From an uncultured Actinomycetota bacterium (GTDB lineage Bacteria > Actinomycetota > Thermoleophilia > Solirubrobacterales > Solirubrobacteraceae), in NCBI GenBank assembly GCA_963757925.1, contig CAVWTE010000004.1:46909-110908 (forward strand): a stretch of DNA of 64,000 nucleotides, read 5' to 3'. This document shows positions 9,698-19,714 of the stretch, piece after piece (position 1 is the stretch's first letter; the number at the start of each line of letters is the position of its first letter). Under the pieces are notes generated by a model. It had not been told where the DNA came from. It did no database searches and saw only the letters and a program-made list of their open reading frames with translations. Both the position numbers and the translations under genes were made by a program.

Positions 9698-10208
9698 TCG
9701 CAGCCTCGCCCTCGGATGCGAACTCTCGCGAGCAATAGCTCGGTCGGCGCCGGGCCGCAAAGAAGTCCCTGAGCAGCCCTCCGCACTCCTGCGCGAGCAC
9801 GCCGCCGCAGAGCTCGGGCCGATGGTTGAGTCGCGGCTCGGCCAGCACGTTCAGCACGCTGCCGGCAGCGCCCGCCTTCGGGTCATCTGCGCCATAGACG
9901 ACGCGGGGCACCCGCGCGAGCACGAGCGCGCCCGCGCACATCGCGCAGGGCTCCAGGGTGACGTAGAGCGCGCAGTCGAGCAGCCGCCAGGTCCCAAGCG
10001 CCTTCGCCGCCCGCCGTACCGCGAGGATCTCGGCGTGGGCGGTGGGGTCCTCATGCAGCTCGCGCTCGTTGTGCGCGGCGGCGAGCACCTCCCCGCCGAG
10101 GACGATCACCGCACCGATCGGCACGTCGTCGTGTTCAATTGCACGCTCGGCCTCTTGCAGCGCGAGCCTCATGAAGTGCTCGTCGCGGGGAAAGAAGCGC
10201 TCGCTCAT
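9651..10208 (-). CDS. tadA: tRNA adenosine(34) deaminase
   Basis: DVPIGAV, DPTAHAE, LYVTLEPCAMCAGA, DPKAGA, LNHRP, LLRDFF. Confidence 0.95.
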   Translation of the reverse strand: MSERFFPRDEHFMRLALQEAERAIEHDDVPIGAVIVLGGEVLAAAHNERELHEDPTAHAEILAVRRAAKALGTWRLLDCALYVTLEPCAMCAGALVLARVPRVVYGADDPKAGAAGSVLNVLAEPRLNHRPELCGGVLAQECGGLLRDFFAARRRPSYCSREFASEGEAATEGEGFEPSSEDQTT

Positions 10209-10222
10209 CAGACATCGATCCT

Positions 10223-11911
10223 ATGACCACCTCCGGCCCGGCAGCAGCTCTCGCCGCCAGCGCCCAGGTCCGCAAGCAGCCATCCAGGAGGCCCCACCGG
10301 CTCCGCAGCGACCGATCCGAGGCATCATCATTGCGCCGCGACCGACCCATGCGCCGTCACCTCCATCCAATCCACACCTCTGGCGCCACGCTGGCTTCGC
10401 CCCCCGTCCGGAGGCGTAAGCAGGCACCAGGCACGCTCCGTCGTCCTCCAGGCACGGCCGCCCTGCTGGTCGTCGCTCTCGCAGCGCTGCTGATCTGGCC
10501 AACAGTTGCCGGGGCGGCGAGCGGCCACAGCGAGACGGCGGCCTTCGCGCCAGGGCGGATAGTCGTCGCCTATGCCACCCGCTCGCATAGCGCCCTTGAT
10601 GAAATCTCGCGAGCCGCCGGCGCCCGCGGCCGCGGGGAAGCGATCGCTACCGAAGCGACCCCACAGGCGGGACCGAAGCTGCCATTCGGCGCGACCGGCG
10701 GCGGAGCACCCCGCCAGGCCCGCGTGCTCACGCTTCGCGGCGGCGTGAGCGTGCAGACCGCACTCGCTCGCCTGCGCCGGCGTCACGTCGTCATATGGGC
10801 CAGGCCGGACTACGTCGCGCACGCGGCCTCTACTGGCTTCATACCCGACGATCCTGGCACGAGCCACGTCGCGGGCGGCTGGCGGTCGCTGCAGTGGAAC
10901 TTTGCCGGCCCCTTCGGCGTCGGCGCACCCGAAGCATGGGCGAACCTGATCGCAGACGGCGAGCCCGGCGGTCGCGGCGTGACGGTGGCGGTGCTCGATA
11001 CCGGAGTCGCCTACGAGAACCGTGGGAAGTTCCTGCGCTCGCCGGACTTCGAAGCGTCTCAGTTCGTCAAAGGCTACGACTTCGTGGCCAACACTCCCTA
11101 CCCGGACGACCGCAACGGGCACGGCACCTTCGTGGCAGGGACGATCGCCGAGGCGACCAACAATGGCCGCGGGCTCACGGGACTCTCCTATGGCGTGAGG
11201 ATCATGCCCGTGAGGGTCCTCGACGCGAGCGGCGAAGGTGATGCCTCCACGATTGCGAGGGGGGTGCGATTCGCGGTCGAACACGGCGCGAAGGTGATCA
11301 ACCTCAGCCTTGAGTTCTCCGGCGAAGTGACGGCGGCTGACGTACCGGAGCTCCTCTCAGCCCTCTCATACGCCCACGAACACGGCGTGGTGATCGTCGC
11401 CGCCGCAGGCAACGAGGGCTCCACGGACGTCCCCTATCCCGCCCGCGATCGTTTCGCGATCGCTGTCGGCGCGAGCACCGAACATGGATGCCTGGCTGAC
11501 TACTCCAACTATGGGAGCCGCATCGACCTCGTCGCCCCAGGCGGCGGAGCGGACGCCAACCTGCAGGGAGACCCCGACTGCAGGCCAAACGGCACGCCCG
11601 GCCGCGATGTCTACCAGGAGACCTTCATGGGCTCCTCTCCGCGCGTCTTCGGCTTCCCAGACGGCTATGAAGGCACCTCGATGGCCTCGCCCGAGGTGGC
11701 CGCGAGCGCGGCGCTCGTGATCGCAAGCGGCGTCCTTGGGCCCAATCCGACTCCTGCGGCGGTGCGCTGGCGCCTGGAGCAGACCGCGCGTCCGCTGGGC
11801 CTGCCCTCAGACGCCGCCGACTACGGCCACGGGCTGATCGACGCAGCCGCAGCCACCACGCCCGGCGGCCCTGGAGCGGTGGCAAGCAGGCGCACGGCAG
11901 CGGCCGGCTGA
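10223..11911 (+). CDS. Secreted S8 (subtilisin-like) serine peptidase; true start may be downstream
   Basis: VAVLDTG, NGHGTFVAG, AAAGN, GTSMASP; hydrophobic signal segment ALLVVALAALLIWP. Confidence 0.92.
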   Translation: MTTSGPAAALAASAQVRKQPSRRPHRLRSDRSEASSLRRDRPMRRHLHPIHTSGATLASPPVRRRKQAPGTLRRPPGTAALLVVALAALLIWPTVAGAASGHSETAAFAPGRIVVAYATRSHSALDEISRAAGARGRGEAIATEATPQAGPKLPFGATGGGAPRQARVLTLRGGVSVQTALARLRRRHVVIWARPDYVAHAASTGFIPDDPGTSHVAGGWRSLQWNFAGPFGVGAPEAWANLIADGEPGGRGVTVAVLDTGVAYENRGKFLRSPDFEASQFVKGYDFVANTPYPDDRNGHGTFVAGTIAEATNNGRGLTGLSYGVRIMPVRVLDASGEGDASTIARGVRFAVEHGAKVINLSLEFSGEVTAADVPELLSALSYAHEHGVVIVAAAGNEGSTDVPYPARDRFAIAVGASTEHGCLADYSNYGSRIDLVAPGGGADANLQGDPDCRPNGTPGRDVYQETFMGSSPRVFGFPDGYEGTSMASPEVAASAALVIASGVLGPNPTPAAVRWRLEQTARPLGLPSDAADYGHGLIDAAAATTPGGPGAVASRRTAAAG

Positions 11912-11939
11912 CAAGAGGCCGGGCGACAGGCGGCGCTCC

Positions 11940-12704
11940 TCAGCGCTCCACTTCTTCGGGTTCCTCGTACCAACGCTTGCGCTCGCCGACGCGTGCCCGC
12001 AATCGCCAGGCACGGCTCTTCTGCGCACTCTCCAGCGCCTGCTGCAGCGCCTGGATGCGCTGCGCCACCCGCGCCTTCGCCTGATCGTCAAGCCCGGTGG
12101 AGCCCACCTGCTCCAGCAGACGCTGCAGGTTCAGCTCGAAGGTGTGGTGAAGGCCCCAGTCTGCGCCTGTGAGCTGGGCGATGCGATCGGCGTTGATCGC
12201 ATCCTGGTCGTGCTCTGCAACCTCCAGCGCGTCCAGCAGCGCGTAGAGATCGCCCATGTCCTTCGCGTTGATTTGCACGATCTGCAGCTTGCTCATCGCA
12301 AGCTCCGCCGCCGGCAGGGTCTCCGGCCGCACGCCAATACGCTCGGCCAGGGGCAGGGTGTGGCACATCTCGAAGCGCTCGACGAACACGTCGGCCTTGC
12401 CCTGCCCCTGCGGCTCGTAGAAGAGCAGCCTCCTGTGGCCGTGCAGCGTGTTGAAGCGGCTCTCGGGCTCCCAGCCCGCGTGCTCCAGCAGGCGCTCGAC
12501 CTCGCGGCTGGCCTTACGCGTGGTGATGAAGTCGAGGTCCTCGATCTGGCGCCTGAAGCGCTGGTCGATGCGATCGCCCAGCAACAGCCGCACCGCCATG
12601 CCCCCCAGCAGGCGCAACGGCACCTCGCGGCGATCGGCCTCCGCCAGCAACCTCCTCGCCTCCCGCATCAGCGAGTCATCGATGCCGGCGCTGCCTGCCT
12701 GCAT
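11940..12704 (-). CDS. Uncharacterised nucleotidyltransferase-fold protein
   Basis: RLLGGMAV...EDLDF (GGxA, DxD); last gene of the operon. Confidence 0.75.
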   Translation of the reverse strand: MQAGSAGIDDSLMREARRLLAEADRREVPLRLLGGMAVRLLLGDRIDQRFRRQIEDLDFITTRKASREVERLLEHAGWEPESRFNTLHGHRRLLFYEPQGQGKADVFVERFEMCHTLPLAERIGVRPETLPAAELAMSKLQIVQINAKDMGDLYALLDALEVAEHDQDAINADRIAQLTGADWGLHHTFELNLQRLLEQVGSTGLDDQAKARVAQRIQALQQALESAQKSRAWRLRARVGERKRWYEEPEEVER

Positions 12705-12712
12705 GTCTCGCG

Positions 12713-13705
12713 TCAGCCTGTCACGAACTGGTGACGCACGTCAGAGCCCCGCAGCGCGATCAGGCAGCCGGCGATGCGGCCGGTGTGGTAGTCGCTGCCG
12801 GGGTTGATGCAGAGCGTGCGGCCGATTCGCTTGGCCCCCGCGCTCTCGTGCACATGACCGTGCAGGGATAGCAACGGCTGGTAGCGCTCGATCAGCTCGC
12901 GCACCGCCGTGGAGCCGACCGGGATGATCTTCGGCTCTGAGCCCAGCATCACCACGCCGAGTTCCTCATCCAGTTCGGCGGCGTTGTCGAGCGTGGAGTC
13001 ATATGGGGGGACGTGGAGGTTGAAGACCGCTGAGGCGGGATCGTCGAGCTGGGAGGCCAGCGCGTCGACCCGCCTGTAGAGCTCATTCTCGTCGAGCTCT
13101 CTCGGCGAGTGAAACGGCGTGATGTTCGAATAGCCGAGCGAGATCATCGCATGGCCATCAAACTCGACGATGCGGTCATCGCACGCCTCGACGTAGTCCG
13201 CACGCTCGATCGCCTCGTCGACGCCGGGCGGATCGTCGTTGCCCGCCATCAGAAAGCAGCGCACCCCGCTGCCCGCCAGGCGCTCGTCGGCCAGCTCGAG
13301 CCAACGCTCGAAGGTCTGCATCATCACATCCGCAAACCAGACCTCCCGCTCCTGCTCGGAGAACGCCTGCACCGCCGCAAGCTCCTCGTAGTCCATCTTG
13401 TGCGGGTACATCCCGTTGGCGCCGATCCTCGTTTCGGCGTCCTTGACCTGGTCCTCGTCTGCGAGCAGTTCGCGGTGGCCAAACATCTCCACCTCATAGC
13501 CGCCGCCGAGCCGCTCCATCAGTGGCACGATCGCCTTGCCGGTGACGTCTCCGCCCATCACGATCACCGGCGCCTCGTAGACCTTCGCGGCGTTGAGGAA
13601 CTTGCGCCACAGACGCTCGGAGCCGTGGATGTCCGAGGCGTAGTAGACGCGCAGTGGCTTGGAGGCGCCCTCAGACCTGCTGCCCCTCCAAAGCCGCAGC
13701 GCCAT
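12713..13705 (-). CDS. Calcineurin-like metallophosphoesterase (Icc-related)
   Basis: SDIHGS, GGDVTG, AGNDD, HVPP, HGHVHES, NPGS. Confidence 0.9.
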   Translation of the reverse strand: MALRLWRGSRSEGASKPLRVYYASDIHGSERLWRKFLNAAKVYEAPVIVMGGDVTGKAIVPLMERLGGGYEVEMFGHRELLADEDQVKDAETRIGANGMYPHKMDYEELAAVQAFSEQEREVWFADVMMQTFERWLELADERLAGSGVRCFLMAGNDDPPGVDEAIERADYVEACDDRIVEFDGHAMISLGYSNITPFHSPRELDENELYRRVDALASQLDDPASAVFNLHVPPYDSTLDNAAELDEELGVVMLGSEPKIIPVGSTAVRELIERYQPLLSLHGHVHESAGAKRIGRTLCINPGSDYHTGRIAGCLIALRGSDVRHQFVTG

Positions 13706-13718
13706 CCCTCTCCTGCCT

Positions 13719-15350
13719 CTACTCCGGCGGCAGTTCGCGATGGGCCAGCGAGAGATCGATGCCCTGCCTGCGCCTGATCGCCCTGGCAATGAAGTAGATC
13801 GCGAAGCCGACGGCATAGACGATCAAGGACAGCTCCAGCTTGCCGGGGTTCTTGCTGAGGCTCGAACCGGAGCCTTCGTCCCACAGCAGGATGAAGATCG
13901 AGAACGCGAAGCCGAGGAAGGAGAGCCCGCCCACGAGCGTGAACAGCGGGATGCCCAACACCTTGCGCGCATAGGGTGAGGCGTCGACCATCGCTTTCTG
14001 GGTGAACGGCAGCAGCATGCCCCCGATCGAGGTGACCAGCAGCGTGAAGGTGAGGCCCAGCAGGACTGCGAGCGTGGTGAACCAGGTCGTGAACGCATAG
14101 ATCGCGGTACTGCCGACCGTGAGAATCATCACAATCCCGATCGCGAGCAACGGCGAGCGTGAACGCGGCTCGATCGAGGAGAGCCTGTCCGGCATGATCC
14201 GGTCAAAGGACCAGGCGAACATGCTGCGGCTGAGCAGGATCAGCGTCTGTGGCATCCAGACCAGCAGCGCGCCGGTGAAGCCGACGATCATGATCACGCT
14301 CCACACGGCGCTGCCAGATGCGATGCCCATGAGCTCCGGGTAGGCGGGAGCGGTGCTGAATCCATAGATCGCGGAGTTTTCACCGACGGTCGAAAGCTGT
14401 TCGTTGAAGACATAGGTGGCGGCGTGCGAGACGGTCGGAACCAGAATCAGCAGCGCCACAGCGGCGACCAGCAGCGCGCCCGGCATCGACTTCATGTGAA
14501 CGCGCTTCTGCAACCTGATCTCACCGGCGAAGTAGGTGCTCGCGTATATGTAGCCGAATATGAACCAGAAGACCGACACCGACCGCAATGAGTATTCGAG
14601 GCTGAATTTCGCCGGTTTATAGCCGGCTTTGTGGGCATAGGCGAGCACCTTGCCGTAGGCGTGCGGCGTACCGAGGTTGGCCGCGTAGGAGTTGAAGTTC
14701 GCGATGAAGCCGCTACGGCTCTGCAGGAGCCCGATCACTGCCGGCAGCAGCAGCGCGCCGATCGCATAGAGCGCGAAGGCGCCGACCTGGAGCTTGAAGA
14801 ACAAGCGGGTGCCGCCGATCACGAACACCGCGCCGGAGAGCAGCAGGATCGCCACGCCACTGATGAACAGGCCCCAGTGCGTGGAGAACCATTCGCCGAA
14901 CTGCAGCCATCCATGCGACCCGGTGAAGCCGGCCATCGTGCGGCCGAACGCGCCGAAGCCGTAGTTGGCAATCAGGGTCGCGTAGAGGCCGAAGGCGAGC
15001 GTGATCCAGATGCAATAGCTGAAGTTGGCGGCGAAGCCGATCGAGGGGTGCAGAGCGCGGCTGTTGAAGACATAATCGCCGCCGGTGCGCGGCATCACCT
15101 GCGTGAGCATCGCGTAGAGGAAGGCCCCCGGAATGCCGATCGCGGCGGCGAAGATCACGCCGAGGATCGCGCTGGATCCGGGATAGGAGCTGATGTAGAG
15201 CCAGTAGAAGGCGAACGTGAGCGCCACGCTCGACCACATCACGTTGTAGAAGAGCGCGTCTCTGGTCCTGCCTTCCCGCACAAGCCCCGTCGCCTTGCGC
15301 GTGAACAGCGCGGGAGCCCCCGCCTGCGCCTCTCCCGTCGCTGTGCTCAT
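13719..15350 (-). CDS. APC-family amino acid/polyamine permease
   Basis: FTRKATGLVRE, MPRTGGDYVFNSR, AGEI, SRSMFAWSFDR; about 12 hydrophobic segments. Confidence 0.92.
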   Translation of the reverse strand: MSTATGEAQAGAPALFTRKATGLVREGRTRDALFYNVMWSSVALTFAFYWLYISSYPGSSAILGVIFAAAIGIPGAFLYAMLTQVMPRTGGDYVFNSRALHPSIGFAANFSYCIWITLAFGLYATLIANYGFGAFGRTMAGFTGSHGWLQFGEWFSTHWGLFISGVAILLLSGAVFVIGGTRLFFKLQVGAFALYAIGALLLPAVIGLLQSRSGFIANFNSYAANLGTPHAYGKVLAYAHKAGYKPAKFSLEYSLRSVSVFWFIFGYIYASTYFAGEIRLQKRVHMKSMPGALLVAAVALLILVPTVSHAATYVFNEQLSTVGENSAIYGFSTAPAYPELMGIASGSAVWSVIMIVGFTGALLVWMPQTLILLSRSMFAWSFDRIMPDRLSSIEPRSRSPLLAIGIVMILTVGSTAIYAFTTWFTTLAVLLGLTFTLLVTSIGGMLLPFTQKAMVDASPYARKVLGIPLFTLVGGLSFLGFAFSIFILLWDEGSGSSLSKNPGKLELSLIVYAVGFAIYFIARAIRRRQGIDLSLAHRELPPE

Positions 15351-16174
15351 CCTCGTTCCCCTCTTCTTTCTCTCATTTGAGTGTTCGCCACCATGACCGG
15401 TAGGCGGAACCGTACACGCTGGAGGTAGTCGACGTCGGAGCCGGCGTGTAGCCAGGTCCTGCCGATGTCCACCTCCAGCGCCTGCTCCTGCTCTCCCGCA
15501 CTGAGGATCGCCCGCCCATCGCGGTCGATCGCGCAGCTGCCGCCGGGAAACCTCATGCCTTCGCAGGCCCCCACGCCGTTGACATAGAGATGAGGGCGTC
15601 TGTTCTCCAGCGCCCTCGCCCTGCACGCGAGTTCCTGTTCGGCGCCATACGGCTCCATATTCGCCGCGATCGTAACGAGCAGATCGGCTCCCACGCGAGC
15701 CAGCGCGCGGGCGTGCTCGGGGAACTCGGCCTCGAAGCAGATCAGCGGGCCGATCATCCAGCCCGCCAGCGAGACGAGGTGCAGTTGCTGTCCTTCACTG
15801 AAGATGGCGCGCTCGACATCCCCGAAGAGCTGGGTCTTGCGATGCACGCCGGCAAGCGAGCCATCCATGTCTATGCAGGCGGCGGAGTTTGCGAGCGCTC
15901 CGTCTGGCAGCCGCTCGGCGAAGCCGACGATCACCGCCGTCTGGCAGCGCTTGGCGGCCGCCATCACCATTGCGATCGGCTCATCGTCGATCGCGATTGC
16001 ACGCTCAGCCGCCGATGCCGGGCAGCAGCCCTGCAGGAACAGCTCGGGAAAGAGCGCGAGCTGCGCGCGGGGATGCTCGCTCAACAGGTCTTGCAGGCAT
16101 CGCAAATTGCGCTCGATGGCACCGGCGCCGCAGGTCGTCTGGGCCAGCAGCGCCCGCATCCGTCCGTCCTGCAT
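15347..16174 (-). CDS. Carbon-nitrogen hydrolase (nitrilase superfamily amidase)
   Basis: Glu-Lys-Cys triad in FPEL, HRKTQL and ICFE; RALEN; stop overlaps the permease start. Confidence 0.9.
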   Translation of the reverse strand: MQDGRMRALLAQTTCGAGAIERNLRCLQDLLSEHPRAQLALFPELFLQGCCPASAAERAIAIDDEPIAMVMAAAKRCQTAVIVGFAERLPDGALANSAACIDMDGSLAGVHRKTQLFGDVERAIFSEGQQLHLVSLAGWMIGPLICFEAEFPEHARALARVGADLLVTIAANMEPYGAEQELACRARALENRRPHLYVNGVGACEGMRFPGGSCAIDRDGRAILSAGEQEQALEVDIGRTWLHAGSDVDYLQRVRFRLPVMVANTQMRERRGERG

Positions 16175-16225
16175 GCCGGCGCCCGAGTGACAGACCGACG
16201 CGAGCAGCGCGCACATCGCCGGAGC

Positions 16226-17196
16226 TCAGGCCCCCGTTCCGGCGTGGAAGGCCATCGCTTCGAGCGCGATCCTGCCTGCCACCAGCGCCGTGGAGGGCGT
16301 CGGCGCAAGGCTCGGCGCGACCTCGACCACATCAAGGCCGATCAGCCCGCCGCGGCTTACGCCCCGCACGATCTCGATCGCCTCACGGATCGTCATGCCG
16401 CTCGGCGTGGGGCAGCAGGTTGCGCTCGCGTAGGCGCCGTCGAGCGCGTCGATGTCAAAGGAGAGGTAGACGCCGTCGGCTGCCGCTCTGCTGACCTCAC
16501 GGGCGCGCTCGATCGCCCAGGCGGTGCCCCGCTCCCAGATCTCGTCGAGCCAGATGATCGTGATGCCGTGCTCGCGGCAATATTCGAGCTCGCTGCGAGG
16601 GTTCATCCATCCTGATATTCCCACCAGCACGATCTTCGCCGGGTCGAATCCCGCCTCCACGGCCCTGCTGATCGGACAGCAGTGGTTGAGATGCTCGCCT
16701 TCAACCTCCGCAGCGGTGTCCAGATGAGTGTCCATCAGGATCAGCCCGGGATCGTGGAGGTGAGCGCGCACCGCCCGCACCGCCGGGATCGTGATCGAGT
16801 GGTCGCCGCCGAAGGTGACCGGCAGCGCGCCCGGCCGAGAGGATCTCGGCGATGTCCGTCTGGGCACGCTCGAATGTGCGACGCCGCGTTGCCGACGACC
16901 ACGTTGCAGTCACCGCAGTCGACCGGGCTCAGCGCGTCCAACAGATCGAAGTCGAAGGTCGCGTTATAGGTGCGGAACTGGCAGGAGACCTCGCGGATGC
17001 CGCGCGGGCCGTAGTTGGCGCCGGTGCGGCTGATGCTGGCCTCGAAGGGCAGGCCGTAAATCGCAGCGCGCGCTCCGTGAGAGCGCAGCGCCTGCTCCTC
17101 GGCGACGACGTGCGGCAGGCCCATGAAGGAGCCGACGAGACCGGAGTGCAGCAGAGTGCTCCACATCGTCGGATCGAGTGACGCCCCTGTGCTCAT
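16226..17196 (-). CDS. Agmatinase/ureohydrolase family protein (two frameshifts near 16880 and 16832)
   Basis: RTGANYGPRGIR, DCGD, GGDHS, DTHLD, SFDIDALD, DVVEVAP; GAGGAGG RBS. Confidence 0.88.
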
Positions 17197-17281
17197 CTTC
17201 CCGTGCCTCCTCGTCAGTGCGCGCACAGCAATCAGATTGCCTGTGACACTTTGGCAAAATTTGTTTGACGATCCATCAGTG

Positions 17282-17311
17282 AGTATCGCAAAAGCGCTTT
17301 GTCCGCGTCAA
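17282..17311 (-). promoter_or_regulatory. Sigma-A-type promoter of the ureohydrolase operon with a LacI-type operator in the spacer
   Basis: TTGACG (17311-06), 18-nt spacer, GATACT (17287-82); perfect palindrome AAAGCGCTTT at 17291-17300. Confidence 0.6.
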
Positions 17312-17354
17312 TCCCCTTTTATCCCGCTATTTGCGGACGGTATGCTGAACGCCG

Positions 17355-18392
17355 ATGAGAACGCCAGTCGGGATCAGGGAGGTGGCGGCGGAGGCGGGCG
17401 TGTCGATCACAACCGTCTCACACGCGCTCAATGGCAAGGGCAGGCTCAGCGAGAGCACACGGCTGCGTGTCCAGGAGGCGGCGGCGCGCCTCGGCTATCG
17501 TCCCAACTCAGTCGCGCGCAACCTCGCAGGCGGACGCACCGGACTGATCGGACTGGCCGTCTCGCAGACGCTCGACGGGCAGTTCGCGATTGCGGACTTC
17601 GCCTATTACTCGCAACTGATGAGCGCCGCCTCGATCGCCGCGTTCGATCGTGGCTATGCGCTCGTGCTCGCCTCCGGCACGCAGGAGGCCGCGTGGAGCA
17701 ACCTGTTGCTTGACGGCCTGATCGTCGTCGACCCGATCCGTGACGACCCCGTGTGGGCGGAGTTCCGCGGCCGCGGAACTCCGGTAGTCACCACCGGTCG
17801 CGTGCCGGGAGAACCGGACGGCTACTGGATCGACAGCGACCACTTCGAGGCCACGCCGTCTATCCTCGATCACATCGCCAGCGGCGGCGCCGAGCAGATT
17901 GCGCTGGTTGCCGCGCCGCCGGTCACCACTTACGGAACCGACGCGCGCGAAGCCTACGAACAGTGGTGTCACCAGCGCGGCCAAAAGCCGATCGTGGTGG
18001 TCGGGAGCGAAGACCTCAGCGAGAGCGCCGGGTACGAGGCGACGCTGAAGCTGCTGCGTCGCGCAAACAAGCCGGACGCGATCTACACGATGCTCGACCG
18101 GATGGGACTGGGCGTGCTGATCGCCGCGCAGTCGCAGGGGCTCTCGGTGCCAAGAGATCTGCAAGTCGCCTGTTGCACCGACAGCGAGGCGTGCAAGATG
18201 GGCCATCCTCCGCTCACCGCGCTTGCGCTCAACCCCGAACAGATCGGGCGCGAAGCGGTCAAGATGATGGCGACCCTGATCGAGGGCGGCCAGCCGCCGA
18301 ATCCGCACGTGATGGTGGAGACGAAAATCGTCTCGCGGAGCTCCACGCGCAAGAGGACACCTGGGCAGGCTCCGCTCGTGGCGCAGCCCTGA
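17355..18392 (+). CDS. LacI-family transcriptional regulator
   Basis: IREVAAEAGVSITTVSHALNG...LGYRPN..ARNL; PPLT. Confidence 0.95.
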   Translation: MRTPVGIREVAAEAGVSITTVSHALNGKGRLSESTRLRVQEAAARLGYRPNSVARNLAGGRTGLIGLAVSQTLDGQFAIADFAYYSQLMSAASIAAFDRGYALVLASGTQEAAWSNLLLDGLIVVDPIRDDPVWAEFRGRGTPVVTTGRVPGEPDGYWIDSDHFEATPSILDHIASGGAEQIALVAAPPVTTYGTDAREAYEQWCHQRGQKPIVVVGSEDLSESAGYEATLKLLRRANKPDAIYTMLDRMGLGVLIAAQSQGLSVPRDLQVACCTDSEACKMGHPPLTALALNPEQIGREAVKMMATLIEGGQPPNPHVMVETKIVSRSSTRKRTPGQAPLVAQP

Positions 18393-18439
18393 AGAGCCAC
18401 ACGCCACAATCCGCCGCGGCGAGCAAGCCGAGCCGAGGG

Positions 18440-19714
18440 TCAGACCTTGACAAGGTCTGCGTGAGAGCGCTCCATCTCGCTCAGCGCCTCCTCGACCGCG
18501 GTCGCGATCATCGCGAAGTGCTCGGGAGTCGCAGTCAGCGGCGGCGAGACGGCGATCCCGCGGCCCAGCGAGCGCACTATCACTCCATGCCTGCGCGCAA
18601 TCGCCGCGACTTGCGCCATGGCCGAGGGGTCGCGCTCCAGCAGGTCGGGCGCGAGCTCTACCGCGGCCATCGTCCCCACCCCGCCTCGTACCTCGGCGAC
18701 GAGAGGGCTCTGCGCCAACGGCAGCAGCGCTGCGAGCAGGTCCTGCTCGAGATCTGCGCCCCTGCGGATCAGATCCTCGCGCTCCATGATCGCCAGGTTC
18801 GCGAGCGCCGCAGCGCAACAGGCGGCGTGCCCGGCGTAGGTGGCACCGTGACGAAACACCGGCGCGCCGGGGGCAAAGAACGGCTCGCTCACACGCGCGC
18901 CCACGATCACGCCCCCGAGCGGCAGGTAGCCGCTGGTGACCCCCTTGGCGAAGCAAATCATGTCCGGCCCTACCGAGGACCAGCGCTCGATCCCAAACCA
19001 GCTGCCAAGGCGGCCGAAGCCGCAGATCACCGAGTCGACGATGAGCAGCACGCCGGTCTGCTCGCAGATGGAGGCGACCTGCTCGATGTAGCCCTCGCTG
19101 GGCGGGTAGACACCGCCGGCGCCGATCACGGGCTCCAGGAAGAAGGCGGCCACGTTCTCGGCGCCCTGCGCCTCGATCGCCTGCGCCAGCGCACTGGCCG
19201 AGTCGTGGGCGACCTGCACGGTGGGCAGCAGCTCCCCCATGCCCTCTCGGTTGGTCTGGATGCCGCCCAGGGAGGTGCCGTAGCCATGGGTGCCGTGGTA
19301 GCCGGCGGTACGGCTGATCAGCAGTTGGCGTCGCGGAGACCCAACCTGCGCCCAGTAGCGACGGGAGAGCTTGGCCGCGGTGTCCACCGCGTCCCCGCCA
19401 CCGCTGGCCAGGAAGACGCGCGCGCCCGGCATCGGCGCGAGCTCGGAGAGCCGCTGCGTCAGTTCCTGCGCAGGCCTGGTGACGAAGTCCCCAAAGGCCG
19501 AATATGCCTCGATGTGCCCCATCTGGCGGGCTACCGCCTCGGCGATCTCGCGCCTGCCATGGCCGACGTTTGCGTACCACAGGCTCGCCGTCGCGTCGAG
19601 CAGCCTCCTGCCATCGGAGTCGAACACCCACACATCCTCGCCGCGCTCGATCCTCAGCTCCGCGTCGGCGACCGAGCCCATCGCCGCGAAGGGATGCCAG
19701 AACTTCGTGCTCAT
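18440..19714 (-). CDS. Class III PLP aminotransferase (omega-amine/putrescine type)
   Basis: FWHPF, SLW..NVGHGR, YHG, EPVIGAGG, DSVICGFGR, AKGVTSGYLPLG. Confidence 0.92.
   Translation of the reverse strand: MSTKFWHPFAAMGSVADAELRIERGEDVWVFDSDGRRLLDATASLWYANVGHGRREIAEAVARQMGHIEAYSAFGDFVTRPAQELTQRLSELAPMPGARVFLASGGGDAVDTAAKLSRRYWAQVGSPRRQLLISRTAGYHGTHGYGTSLGGIQTNREGMGELLPTVQVAHDSASALAQAIEAQGAENVAAFFLEPVIGAGGVYPPSEGYIEQVASICEQTGVLLIVDSVICGFGRLGSWFGIERWSSVGPDMICFAKGVTSGYLPLGGVIVGARVSEPFFAPGAPVFRHGATYAGHAACCAAALANLAIMEREDLIRRGADLEQDLLAALLPLAQSPLVAEVRGGVGTMAAVELAPDLLERDPSAMAQVAAIARRHGVIVRSLGRGIAVSPPLTATPEHFAMIATAVEEALSEMERSHADLVKV

Noticed and set aside
17197-17354. Guanidine riboswitch upstream of the ureohydrolase
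   Set aside because: No ykkC or twin ACGR-loop motif recognised; a LacI operator explains the regulation.
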